Source: a virus. From it: DNA of 64,000 nucleotides. A program made the position numbers and the translations under genes. Under the pieces are notes generated by a model that was given only the letters and a program-made list of their open reading frames with translations, did no database searches and was not told the DNA's origin. Below, one piece after another: positions 41,048 through 50,255 of the stretch (the stretch's first letter is position 1; each line of letters begins with the position of its first letter). The stretch is from IMG/VR virus record IMGVR_UViG_3300026519_000009, positions 12,607 to 76,606 of that record; one strand, given 5' to 3'.

Positions 41048-42055
41048 CTAAATATTTCGTATAGCGGGATATATAGTTTTTATAGCTGCCTCATCGATGA
41101 AAAATTCACCATTATCGTAAACCAGTGCAAATTGATTCATTGTTGGGGTTATATCAGTAACATCTACATATATACCGGTATCCTTATCTACCGTAGCAAA
41201 GGGTGGATTTGACATAAGCAACAACACCTCATTTTTCTCTATACTTCTGGTATTCGGCGGACTACCCGAACATTCGGTTATGGTATCATATGTAAACGTA
41301 GAACCATTACCAACAATATCATCTTGTATTGATTGATATATCCCTTGATAGCTCCGCACCGTATATATTTTACCCTTAATGACCACACTATCAAAATCAC
41401 TCCATGGTGATACCGAATTAAGCAAGGATTCGCTTACATTTGAATACAGGTGCTGTTCCGTATTTCCCGTTGCGGTAGTAAAGGATACCATTATTCCGAC
41501 ATTTGCGCAAGTGCCTATGGTAGGGACTCGCGTGGCGATAGTGATTTCGCCACCAATGGAAATTTGTCGGCGCGACCGTATGGAGGCTGATTCTATAGTA
41601 GTGGAAGATAATATATCGGGGGGGGACTGTCTAGCCACAAGCTGTGCAACCCCAGACCATTGACGATCAAATACCAACATAATATTATTTGAATCGACTA
41701 TTATGACATCTGTCGGTGATATTTCAACCATATTATTAATATCCGTTTCTGTTGGTATATTAACAAATACCGAAATTGCGGGCGTGGTACCAAGATTATG
41801 TGGAATAGTCCATGTGGAGCGTGCAATAACTTGTGTATGATCATATAAAACACGACGGGGAAGCCACTCGTCCAGTCCAAATACGGGGGTTGATACACCA
41901 GCTTGGGTAAAGTCGGACATTAAATCAATTTGATACAATGAACCACGACAACCATGCGTAATAGTACAACGATTTATATTTTCAATACCATCGATGATAC
42001 GAACGTATTCCTTTTCCCGTTTACACACATCGCATCTATATAAAACAACTGCCAT
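41048..42055 (-). CDS. Hypothetical, probably structural, protein with an N-terminal Cys cluster
   Basis: CDVC...C..THGC; WTIPHNLG fibre-type motif. Confidence 0.6.
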   Translation of the reverse strand: MAVVLYRCDVCKREKEYVRIIDGIENINRCTITHGCRGSLYQIDLMSDFTQAGVSTPVFGLDEWLPRRVLYDHTQVIARSTWTIPHNLGTTPAISVFVNIPTETDINNMVEISPTDVIIVDSNNIMLVFDRQWSGVAQLVARQSPPDILSSTTIESASIRSRRQISIGGEITIATRVPTIGTCANVGIMVSFTTATGNTEQHLYSNVSESLLNSVSPWSDFDSVVIKGKIYTVRSYQGIYQSIQDDIVGNGSTFTYDTITECSGSPPNTRSIEKNEVLLLMSNPPFATVDKDTGIYVDVTDITPTMNQFALVYDNGEFFIDEAAIKTIYPAIRNI

Positions 42056-42066
42056 ATTTCCCCCAA

Positions 42067-42369
42067 TTACGCCAATACAATATCGGACACTTGCTGTAAA
42101 TAAGCATCAATCATTGGCTGTGGAACTGTTGTTACTTCTGACATAATTGCGGTCTTTAACATTTTTACCGTAGTTTCCGTAGTAAACTCTGGATTATTTG
42201 CACTTACCATAAATGGTAACATGCCCAATGATACAGAACCATCTGGCGACTGCTGCATAACCAATACCCTAGCCCTTTCAAGCATATAGTAAGTACTATT
42301 ATCTTCTACGAGAGTTGCAATTACTTCTTCACCGCTGATTGTTTTAAGTGCCAATACTGTTGTTGTCAT
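42067..42369 (-). CDS. Sm-like phage protein
   Basis: LKTISGEEVIA...Y.QQVS.IVL pattern; AGGAG RBS. Confidence 0.7.
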   Translation of the reverse strand: MTTTVLALKTISGEEVIATLVEDNSTYYMLERARVLVMQQSPDGSVSLGMLPFMVSANNPEFTTETTVKMLKTAIMSEVTTVPQPMIDAYLQQVSDIVLA

Positions 42370-42410
42370 CCTTATCTCCTATTTATTATTATAAACATAT
42401 AATATCAATT

Positions 42411-42977
42411 CTAACTATTGGTTGTCAAGTGCGCATAGTTACTAATCGTGGTGACACGGAGCGCATAGTAATATGGTATCCCATATAATATTATTTCAGC
42501 ACCGCTGGATATTCCTTCGGATAGCTGTTCGGTTGAATAATTAAACCGCAATAAATCTTCAAATATCATCGTTCCGCTTGTTTCACCAAGCTTATTGAAT
42601 ATTGATTCAAATATTGGTTCGTAACAGTTGGTTGAATCGTTAACCGCCTTGCTGTACATATATCGAAACCCATTGGGTGGAAACACATAAAACAACTCAT
42701 TTTCATTTTCATAAATATCTTCCACCCCACCAATGGCAAATACTGCTCGTTCTCTCAGGTTATACAGTTGTTCCTTAAATACTGAATTAAAAACCTTACC
42801 GAATTTCGTCGTATTATTGTGCTTACGGACTTTGATTTTTTGAAAGTCATCGTGTGTATTGGGTAAGTACTTGAACAATGGCATACCATTTGCTTCCAAT
42901 AAAAACTGGGAACAATTGGTTTTGATTCGACGAATGTTGCTAATTTCGTTTATTTGTAATAATGGTTGTACGCGCAT
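42411..42977 (-). CDS. Hypothetical phage protein
   Basis: R...FA, Y.FPPNGF.Y.YS and EI motifs; follows GATAAATA. Confidence 0.6.
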   Translation of the reverse strand: MRVQPLLQINEISNIRRIKTNCSQFLLEANGMPLFKYLPNTHDDFQKIKVRKHNNTTKFGKVFNSVFKEQLYNLRERAVFAIGGVEDIYENENELFYVFPPNGFRYMYSKAVNDSTNCYEPIFESIFNKLGETSGTMIFEDLLRFNYSTEQLSEGISSGAEIILYGIPYYYALRVTTISNYAHLTTNS

Positions 42978-42990
42978 AAAACCTATTTAT

Positions 42991-43057
42991 CCAAGTTGCA
43001 GCAATACCACTTCCGATTTCAGCTTGCCGATTTGGAAATGGTATTGCTACAATTTGG
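42991..43057. mobile_element. Mini element, two left ends head-to-head
   Basis: TATTTAT|CCAAGTTGCAGCAATACCACTTCC...GGAAATGGTATTGCTACAATTTGG. Confidence 0.82.
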
Positions 43058-43098
43058 GTAACTAACAATAGTCAATCAAACACTAATCCAGACAACGA

Positions 43099-43560
43099 TC
43101 ACTTCCAACGCAACTCACCACCAATATTTTTGGGCATCCCATCTAAAGATTTAAGATGATTATTCATACACAAGAACGTTCCTCCCACTGAGGTCGGCGC
43201 ACCGTCTAATGTTATTAATTCATTATCATAGCAAAAAAAACTACCATTAACCTCATATGGTGAATATTCTAAGCTGGATAATAAGTTAAATGAACAATTA
43301 AAACCACCTTCTACTTCGTGCGGGCTACCTTTTAATGATGTCAATTTGTTACCTGAGCAGTTAAAATCACCATACACCGTTCGAAATTGCACTGGGATTT
43401 CGGTCAAATAACGATGACAAATGTTTACGTTACCATTTACGATAACACTACCGTTATCGCAAATAATATAGTTTTTTATTTTCATATTTTCAAGCCAGCG
43501 CATAATATCGCACACTGGCTTGAAATCCGTTCCGGAGGTATCAGGCATGTTCATCATCAT
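43099..43560 (-). CDS. Short LRR-like repeat protein (paralogue of 46252-46752)
   Basis: 22-aa repeats G.F.CS.N.L.SL.G.P..V. Confidence 0.8.
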   Translation of the reverse strand: MMMNMPDTSGTDFKPVCDIMRWLENMKIKNYIICDNGSVIVNGNVNICHRYLTEIPVQFRTVYGDFNCSGNKLTSLKGSPHEVEGGFNCSFNLLSSLEYSPYEVNGSFFCYDNELITLDGAPTSVGGTFLCMNNHLKSLDGMPKNIGGELRWK

Positions 43561-44542
43561 GCTCTTTCATTCCCCCAAAGTGTCTGGATTCTGTCACAGA
43601 TATATTATGCTTTTTGAAATATTTTCGAATATCAGCATGGTGTTTGGTAACAATGGTACTACCATGTTTACCCTTTACCTGCGTTGCCTTTCCGTTAACC
43701 AGCTCAATTGTTGCGATTGGGACCATTAGTTTATTCCGAGCACTGTAAATTTTTGCCTTGCCCTTTTCAATATCAGAACCATACGAAGCAACGCAATGTT
43801 TCATTAATGTACCTTCGACCTTAGCACTCTCCCGTGTCAGTAATTTTACAACTGTTATTGTTTCAAAATCATCATCTTCAACCGTAAAGTCTTTGCCTTC
43901 AACCAAGTTATCTATCATTTCTTGTGCCAGCGCAGCGTCAACTATTTCGGATTGTTGCACCGTGTATTCGTGCCATGCTATTGACCGCTTTAGCGCTTCC
44001 GGGAAATGTAGTTTTGATATATCACGAACTTGAAAGGCTAATGGACAAATAACACTTTCCTCATATCCCGCCTGTGCGTTTGCTAATAAAAAATCATGCA
44101 CGTTACTGATGACATTTGTTAGTTTTAATATTCTGAACATTCGTCCTGCTGAAAACACAACAACATCATCAATCGCTTCTTGTGCAAATTCAGGAAATAA
44201 TGCCAAAGCGGTTTGCATTGAAATGTTGTTGCTTTTTGTTGAAACTAATGTGGTCAGATATTCCTTTAATGGGACAAAAAACATTTCTTGAAATTTTTCA
44301 GGGTTCATCATGTCATTCGTGATATCAATTGCACCACGTCTGACCCAATTATAAAAATTGTGTTTAAACCAATATCGTACATCATCAGTTGTTCGAGAAT
44401 TACAAATTTTATTGTCAATAAAGCGTTCTATAATATGTTGACACGTATTGATATGGTCGATTTCAATGCCATCGTTATTTGCTATTGTGATTTTTACATT
44501 ACCAGAATTGACAATATTCGGACATTTTTTCATAGCTTTCAT
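43541..44542 (-). CDS. PcfJ-like domain protein
   Basis: C-terminal EG..MKHCVASY...IYS.R...ATIE...Q.KG. Confidence 0.75.
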   Translation of the reverse strand: MKAMKKCPNIVNSGNVKITIANNDGIEIDHINTCQHIIERFIDNKICNSRTTDDVRYWFKHNFYNWVRRGAIDITNDMMNPEKFQEMFFVPLKEYLTTLVSTKSNNISMQTALALFPEFAQEAIDDVVVFSAGRMFRILKLTNVISNVHDFLLANAQAGYEESVICPLAFQVRDISKLHFPEALKRSIAWHEYTVQQSEIVDAALAQEMIDNLVEGKDFTVEDDDFETITVVKLLTRESAKVEGTLMKHCVASYGSDIEKGKAKIYSARNKLMVPIATIELVNGKATQVKGKHGSTIVTKHHADIRKYFKKHNISVTESRHFGGMKEHDDEHA

Positions 44543-44571
44543 AGATACATTCCATAAGTAGTTGAATTAAA

Positions 44572-44913
44572 TTGAAGTGACCACCATCAAATCAGCGAGC
44601 TGTGTTTGGTGGTGGATTCGCACAACGGTCGCCCATTGTGTTTTCTGCATTTCCACAGACCCCTGCTAGTAGCGCTTGGTTTCCCAAGCTGAGAATGTTC
44701 GTTGCTACATTTACATTGCAATCATGCATTGTTTCACACCCGGAGCATGTACATTCTCTTATTCCAAGACCTGAACTACCTTACTGATAATAACATAGTT
44801 AAATGTCAAGTCAAGAATTAAATTCACTTAATCATTGTGTGTTTAATATGTTGCCTGTCCAACCACCATCAAATCAGCACGATGATTTGATGGTGGTTGG
44901 ACAGGCAACTTGG
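44572..44913 (-). mobile_element. IS200/IS605-type element reduced to left end, promoter, tnpB 3' tail and right end
   Basis: Minus-strand 44572-44780 aligns by eye with 47280-47482; left end TATTTAT|CCAAGTTGCCTGTCCAACCACCATCAAAT. Confidence 0.88.
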
Positions 44914-45274
44914 ATAAATATTCAATAACAGCCTCTTCGTCTATTGTTAGTGATCCACTTGCATTGGCGCGGCGCAACGTAGTTTCAAAGGTCATTATCA
45001 TTTCTTTTGAGTTTATATATTCTAATATGATTTCACACGCGGCGCGTGTGAAATCATATTGTGAATTGTCCTCATCATGTTTGTAGTCAATTGCCAACGC
45101 CGCCATAAACATGATATTTTGTACCACTGGCACCGTGGTTGGCATTAAAGTGAACCATCCAGGATCATTTTTAATAAAATTGGTGTATAAAATTTTATCA
45201 TCATCCGTTAATGGCACGCAGCTTGACATTTGTTTAACAAATCGTTCTTCATATGTTTTTTGCAATGCAGTCAT
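44843..45274 (-). CDS. Hypothetical protein whose C-terminus is encoded by the element left end
   Basis: Last ~23 codons (SKLPVQPPSNH...) lie inside the element. Confidence 0.6.
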   Translation of the reverse strand: MTALQKTYEERFVKQMSSCVPLTDDDKILYTNFIKNDPGWFTLMPTTVPVVQNIMFMAALAIDYKHDEDNSQYDFTRAACEIILEYINSKEMIMTFETTLRRANASGSLTIDEEAVIEYLSKLPVQPPSNHRADLMVVGQATY

Positions 45275-45393
45275 ATTATATCCGATAGTTGCATTTTGAA
45301 TATGAATATATTGTAAACTATTACAATATATTATTCAATGGTTTTGGACTATATATTTCACTTGTTCTACTAGATTCCAATAAAATCCATTAT

Positions 45394-45453
45394 CCAAGTT
45401 GCCGAAATACCACTACCAAATCAGCAAGCTGAATTTGGAAATGGTCGCTTCAA
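45394..45453 (+). mobile_element. Mini hairpin element (near consensus)
   Basis: TTAT|CCAAGTTGCCGAAATACCACTACCAAATCAGCAAGCTGAATTTGGAAATGGTCGCTTCAA. Confidence 0.9.
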
Positions 45454-45463
45454 TATGTCAATA

Positions 45464-46240
45464 TTAATGTTTTGGTTGCCAACGTTCTAAATACTGCCCG
45501 ATATCGAATAACACCGAATTTACATTGTGAAATAACCAACTGTTGTTATTGGGTTGGCGTGACCCATGTTGGTCTAATGCACCGAACACGGCTGTGCTTT
45601 GTTCAGCATCCCATATATACCATTGCACTATTTCTAGGTTCCGTTCGGTTATTATTTTATGTAGTTCAGTCTGACCGGTTTTATGAATAAAGACCCCTAT
45701 TATATTGGGCGAACTAGATTTCATTCTATATAAAATGAATATGGGCGTGATTTCCTTAGCCGCGTTGATTTTAGATTGCACGGTTTTGCCCAAAAAACCG
45801 GGCCAACCACCATTTTTCGTAAAATCACGATAGCCACGAATTGGATTTCTTGGTATCCCTTCGGGTATGTTACCCTTGTCAAATTCTATTTTGAATTCTT
45901 CGATTGTTTTTAGGCCAAGTTTATGTATTAAGGCCACCGCATCCCAATATGGCATTCGCTTGGCGCGTGTAACCGCGTGTGGCGCGTCCGCTGAGAATAT
46001 GTTGTTGGTATCTAAAAACGTATTCCAGTTATCCCATTCTATATAAACCTCACTTGGATTTGCAGGCATTCCACCCGGTTTATAGTTACGTATCCATGTC
46101 CGGTATTGGCGGTATGATTTAATGCCTACCCGTCTTGCATATTGCGCAGCAAGGTCATATGGCATCCACCTCCAGTCTTTTGGTTTGCTATTTTCCAATG
46201 CTTTGGGAAGATATGTGCGTGATTTGCGTTTTTTAACCAT
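45464..46240 (-). CDS. Protein with two phage integrase-repeat-like units
   Basis: Two M-P-Y..A......G.K[ST]..[EQ][YF].....P..P...Y....W..FL units. Confidence 0.65.
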   Translation of the reverse strand: MVKKRKSRTYLPKALENSKPKDWRWMPYDLAAQYARRVGIKSYRQYRTWIRNYKPGGMPANPSEVYIEWDNWNTFLDTNNIFSADAPHAVTRAKRMPYWDAVALIHKLGLKTIEEFKIEFDKGNIPEGIPRNPIRGYRDFTKNGGWPGFLGKTVQSKINAAKEITPIFILYRMKSSSPNIIGVFIHKTGQTELHKIITERNLEIVQWYIWDAEQSTAVFGALDQHGSRQPNNNSWLFHNVNSVLFDIGQYLERWQPKH

Positions 46241-46251
46241 ATAATTACCAA

Positions 46252-46752
46252 CTAATTGTTGTGTGAATTAATGAACAGTCCGCCAATAATTGTGGTTGCG
46301 CGATGTGATTGTGGTAGTATATTAAATGAACAGTCAAAATCACCATCAATTTCTTGTGGTGATCCTGTCAACGATCTTAGGTTATTAGCATATACATGAA
46401 AAAACTTTCCGACTTCGGATGGACCGCCAACTAATGAAGATATCATATTCATAGAACAATCAAAGCCACCAGCAACTTCCTTCGGCGCACCTAATAATGA
46501 GTTCAGTTCGTTAAATGAACAATCAAAATCGCCACCGACTTCACGCGGTGAACCTTTTAGTGTGGTCAAGCTATTATTTGAGCAATTAAAATTACCATAA
46601 ACAATTCGGAACTGTACTGGTATTTCGACTAATCCTTTAAAATCTAAATAAACATCACCTTTCACCGTTACCGTACTTGTATCATTAATAGTATAATTTA
46701 TAATACCCATTTCATCAAGCCATCTTATAATTTCTTTTTTATTAGTCATCAT
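46252..46752 (-). CDS. Short LRR-like repeat protein
   Basis: Same repeats and EIPVQFR.VYG.FNCS motif as 43099-43560. Confidence 0.8.
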   Translation of the reverse strand: MMTNKKEIIRWLDEMGIINYTINDTSTVTVKGDVYLDFKGLVEIPVQFRIVYGNFNCSNNSLTTLKGSPREVGGDFDCSFNELNSLLGAPKEVAGGFDCSMNMISSLVGGPSEVGKFFHVYANNLRSLTGSPQEIDGDFDCSFNILPQSHRATTIIGGLFINSHNN

Positions 46753-46764
46753 ATTGATATTTAT

Positions 46765-47482
46765 CCAAGTTGCCGAAATACCACTTCCAAATTCACGTGG
46801 TCGGTGGTATCTTTCGGTTCAAGTACTTGTTGACAAACAAGTATCAACTGGCACCGGACATATAGGAATTGACTTGGGGTTAAAGACCATTGCTACGTGT
46901 TCAAATGGCGAAATATTAGAACGTAAGGAATATTATCGTAAATCCGAAAGCAAGTTGGGCATTGCCCAACTTGCAAAAAAGAAACGCCAAGTAAAAACAA
47001 TTCATGCGAAAATCAAGAACCAACGGATGGACACAAATCATAAATGGTCAACCAAGATAGTAAAAGAAAAACGAATTAATAGCGATTGGTAATGTTAGTG
47101 CGTCTAAATTAGCAAAGACTAAGATGGCTAAATCCGTATTAGACGCAGGTTGGTATCAACTAAAGAACATGCTCGATTATAAATCGAAAGCGATGCGATG
47201 CATGTTTGTTGAAGTCAACGAATCGTACACCACCCAGACCTGTTCGTCGTGTCAGGAAATAACTGAAACGAGTCCGAAAGGTAGGACAGGTCTTGGAATA
47301 AGGGAATGGACGTGTTCCGGGTGTGGCACATTGCATGATCGTCATATCAATGCAGCAACGAACATTCTCCGCTTGGGAAGTCAAGCGCTCGATGGAGGAG
47401 TCTGTGGAAACACAGAAGACACAATGGGTGACCATTATGCGAATCCACTTCCAAATCAAAGATTTGGAAGTGGTCGCTTCAA
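46765..47482 (+). mobile_element. IS200/IS605-family element remnant (longest copy)
   Basis: TTTAT|CCAAGTTGCCGAAATACCACTTCCAAATTC left end, then tnpB remnant, then right end GCGAATCCACTTCCAAATCAAAGATTTGGAAGTGGTCGCTTCAA. Confidence 0.92.
46795..47400 (+). pseudogene. tnpB: tnpB pseudogene (5' truncated, frameshifted)
   Basis: RGRWY...GIDLGLK (RuvC-I); frameshift near 47070; then AKSVLDAGW...VNESYTTQTCSSC...WTCSGCGTLHDRHINAA (RuvC-III Asp changed to His). Confidence 0.9.
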
Positions 47483-47506
47483 CAGTAATAATAAAGGAAA
47501 CGGCTA

Positions 47507-47719
47507 ATGCCTACATATCAATATAAATGTTCAAATAAAAAGTGTGACATTCATAATGTTATTATAGAAGTAAAGCAAAAAATGACTGAAGAACCATTAC
47601 AAATATGCCCCGACTGTTCTGAACCTACCTTAACAAAAAGGATATCAGGCGGTGGTGGATTCCGCATAGGTGGCCAAGGCGTTCATAAACCAACCGCACA
47701 CTGGGGTGATCTAAGCTAA
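47507..47719 (+). CDS. FmdB-family zinc-ribbon protein
   Basis: MPTYQYKC...C...CPDC...KRIS...F..GG.G. Confidence 0.88.
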   Translation: MPTYQYKCSNKKCDIHNVIIEVKQKMTEEPLQICPDCSEPTLTKRISGGGGFRIGGQGVHKPTAHWGDLS

Positions 47720-47985
47720 TGTCAACCACCACGAAAGAGATTGAAACAATAATTAATAAAAAAATATCATTACTTTCGTGGAATTATTTATTGAACTTCT
47801 TTGAAGAATTCAAGTCAGAGCTTTCAATCAATGAAATTGAAATACTAAATGCACATTCAGAAAAATGCAGGCATTTCTTAAATACTAAATATGAAAAAAC
47901 GTATGGTTGGAAACATATTTCAAAAAAAGATATGAGAGTTGATATATTATATTATTTAAAAGAAAGAAAGAAAAAACGATTGTAA
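47719..47985 (+). CDS. Hypothetical protein
   Basis: TAATG coupling to the upstream gene. Confidence 0.6.
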   Translation: MSTTTKEIETIINKKISLLSWNYLLNFFEEFKSELSINEIEILNAHSEKCRHFLNTKYEKTYGWKHISKKDMRVDILYYLKERKKKRL

Positions 47986-47989
47986 AAGT

Positions 47990-48545
47990 TTAACATTCGT
48001 GTAATATCCATAATACAGAAGTGATGATCAAGCCCCCAATTTGGGCACTATTGTTGCACATCACCAACAATTCGATGTACGTTGCCCAATTTATCGAAAG
48101 ACGTTGAGGTTAGTCCATTGTTAGGTAGATTTTTATATTTACCAGAAGGTAGAAAACAAACATGCTGTAGTGTTCCAGTTTTCAAACGCTATGGTGGTAG
48201 TTCCCCACTAGGCCCGCGAAACCCCCCGTGACCGGCCTGGATAGATATATATCTATCCGAACGGAGGGGGGCCAGCTCTCATGGTTTTAAATGGTTAAAA
48301 AAAATAATTTAATAATGAATGTTTATTAGTTCTTTCTGCCTTGCGAGGCTTTATCCGCAAGGCAGAAGAATAATTGATATTACATTTTCGCGCCTTGGTG
48401 CGAAGATTATAGATAATCCATTATTACGTTATTATATTATTATGGAAATTGAAAATGTAGGCAATAATTGCAAAAAATGTGGTTTTGTTGTTGTCATGTC
48501 CCATTCATAACATTGGCACCAGACAAGTGCTTTCACGCAAGCGCT
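47990..48545. other. Long structured non-coding region (possible ncRNA or origin)
   Basis: No credible ORF. GC-rich stems at 48190-48275, perfect palindrome 48239-48258, hairpin 48334-48367. Confidence 0.4.
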
Positions 48546-48547
48546 TC

Positions 48548-48562
48548 TTGAACGCAACTTGG
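48548..48562 (-). mobile_element. Hairpin-less 15-bp remnant of the mini element
   Basis: Minus strand TTTAT|CCAAGTTGCGTTCAA. Confidence 0.65.
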
Positions 48563-48654
48563 ATAAAAAATACAAGTCGTCAATAGTGACGAATAAATAT
48601 ATTCTTAAAAAATAATCCATTGATGATTTATAAAAAACATGATACAATCATAGG

Positions 48655-50253
48655 ATGAATAATAAATCAAAAATATTTGAATCATGGCCCACGCCAGAAT
48701 TCACACCTCGTACAAATCAAATAATTGCATTGGAATGGATTGAAAAACAAACCGCAAAATATTTGATTTTGGAAGCACCGGTTGGTAGTGGAAAATCACA
48801 TACAGCACTTACATTTGCAACCTCTATATCAACACATCTAAAACACTCATTTGTATTAACACCACAGATAATTTTACAACAGCAATATGAAGTTGACTTT
48901 AAAAAAAATGGTAGTGCATTTTTAGCATCATTGCGTGGTAAATCAAATTATAAGTGTATTAATAAAAAAACATCATGTAATGTTGGTTCTTTAGTCAAAC
49001 CAAAATGTGCTGTCTGCCCCTATATTAAAGCAAAACAACGGGCATTATACTCCAAAAATACGGTTCTTAATTACAAGTTGGCACTAACTACCTTCACGTA
49101 TACAGATACGTTTGCAAAACGAAAGCTATTAATAATGGACGAAGCACATACCCTTGAGCGACATTTAGTTGATTTTGATTCCGTTGATATCAAATCTTTT
49201 ATATGCGAGAAATACAATATTAAATTTAAAGTTAATACTAATATTAAATCAGCAAAAGAATGGGTAACAAAAGAATATTTACCTAACATACAAGACGCAT
49301 TAAATACACTTGAAGAAGATAGTGAATATTTATATGAAAAAACAGGAGCAGAAATAACAAAAAAGGAATTAAAATTATTATCAGAAATTGATGAATTAAG
49401 CGCACATGTGAATGATGTTTTGGAATTGTCAATACGAAATGTTAAGTATTTAGAAAAACACTTCGTACTAGTACACGATAAAACGATGATTCAATTTAAA
49501 CGTATTACAGGCGCGTATTCATTTAAAAAAATATTTGAACCACAAGCTGAACGTTTTTTATTCATGTCCTCAACCATATTAAATAAAAACCAATTCTGTG
49601 CAGACTTAGGTATTGATGAAAAAGATACCGCGTTTTTATCACTTGAAAGTGACTTCCCTGTTGAAAACAGGCCAATATATTATATGCCCATTTTAAAAAT
49701 GAATGCTGCTTGGAACAAACCAGAACAAGCAAATGGTAGAAAACAAATGATTACCAGAATATGCGAACTGCTTGATATTCATAAAACCGAGTCGGGAATA
49801 ATCCACACAGCAAATTATCAAATAGCAATATGGTTAGTACAGGAACTTTCGAAGTTAAAGTCACACGACATTTATCATCATAATCCAAAAACCAAGCATA
49901 ATCGAAATACCACAATTGATATGTTTATAGAGTCAACCGTACCATCTATTCTTATAAGCCCATCATGTACCGAAGGACTTGACCTAAAAGATGATTTGTC
50001 ACGGTTCGCAATGATTGTTAAGACACCGTTTGGATACTTAGGTGACCAGTGGATAAAGAAACGGTTAGATATGTCGGCTGAATGGTACAGGCGCAGAGCT
50101 ATGACCGATATCATACAAGCTGGTGGACGAATTGTGAGAAGTTCAAATGATAGTGGCACAGTATATATTCTGGACGGTAGCTTTGGATACCTATATTCGC
50201 AGTCATCTTCCATGATACCAAAATGGTGGAAAGATTCATTAGTGTTTATGTAG
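48655..50253 (+). CDS. DinG/YoaA-like SF2 helicase
   Basis: APVGSGKS, Cys cluster, DEAH, EGLDL and QAGGRIVRS..D.G..YILD. Confidence 0.92.
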   Translation: MNNKSKIFESWPTPEFTPRTNQIIALEWIEKQTAKYLILEAPVGSGKSHTALTFATSISTHLKHSFVLTPQIILQQQYEVDFKKNGSAFLASLRGKSNYKCINKKTSCNVGSLVKPKCAVCPYIKAKQRALYSKNTVLNYKLALTTFTYTDTFAKRKLLIMDEAHTLERHLVDFDSVDIKSFICEKYNIKFKVNTNIKSAKEWVTKEYLPNIQDALNTLEEDSEYLYEKTGAEITKKELKLLSEIDELSAHVNDVLELSIRNVKYLEKHFVLVHDKTMIQFKRITGAYSFKKIFEPQAERFLFMSSTILNKNQFCADLGIDEKDTAFLSLESDFPVENRPIYYMPILKMNAAWNKPEQANGRKQMITRICELLDIHKTESGIIHTANYQIAIWLVQELSKLKSHDIYHHNPKTKHNRNTTIDMFIESTVPSILISPSCTEGLDLKDDLSRFAMIVKTPFGYLGDQWIKKRLDMSAEWYRRRAMTDIIQAGGRIVRSSNDSGTVYILDGSFGYLYSQSSSMIPKWWKDSLVFM

Positions 50254-50255
50254 TG

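Noticed and set aside
46754-47507. ORFs 46754-47092 and 47124-47507 as two genes or an active split TnpB
   Set aside because: They are frameshifted pieces of one 5'-truncated tnpB, with termini read through the element ends and RuvC-III Asp changed to His.
47990-48545. tRNA, tmRNA or RNase P RNA call
   Set aside because: No cloverleaf, T-loop/CCA end or other diagnostic motif could be recognised by eye.
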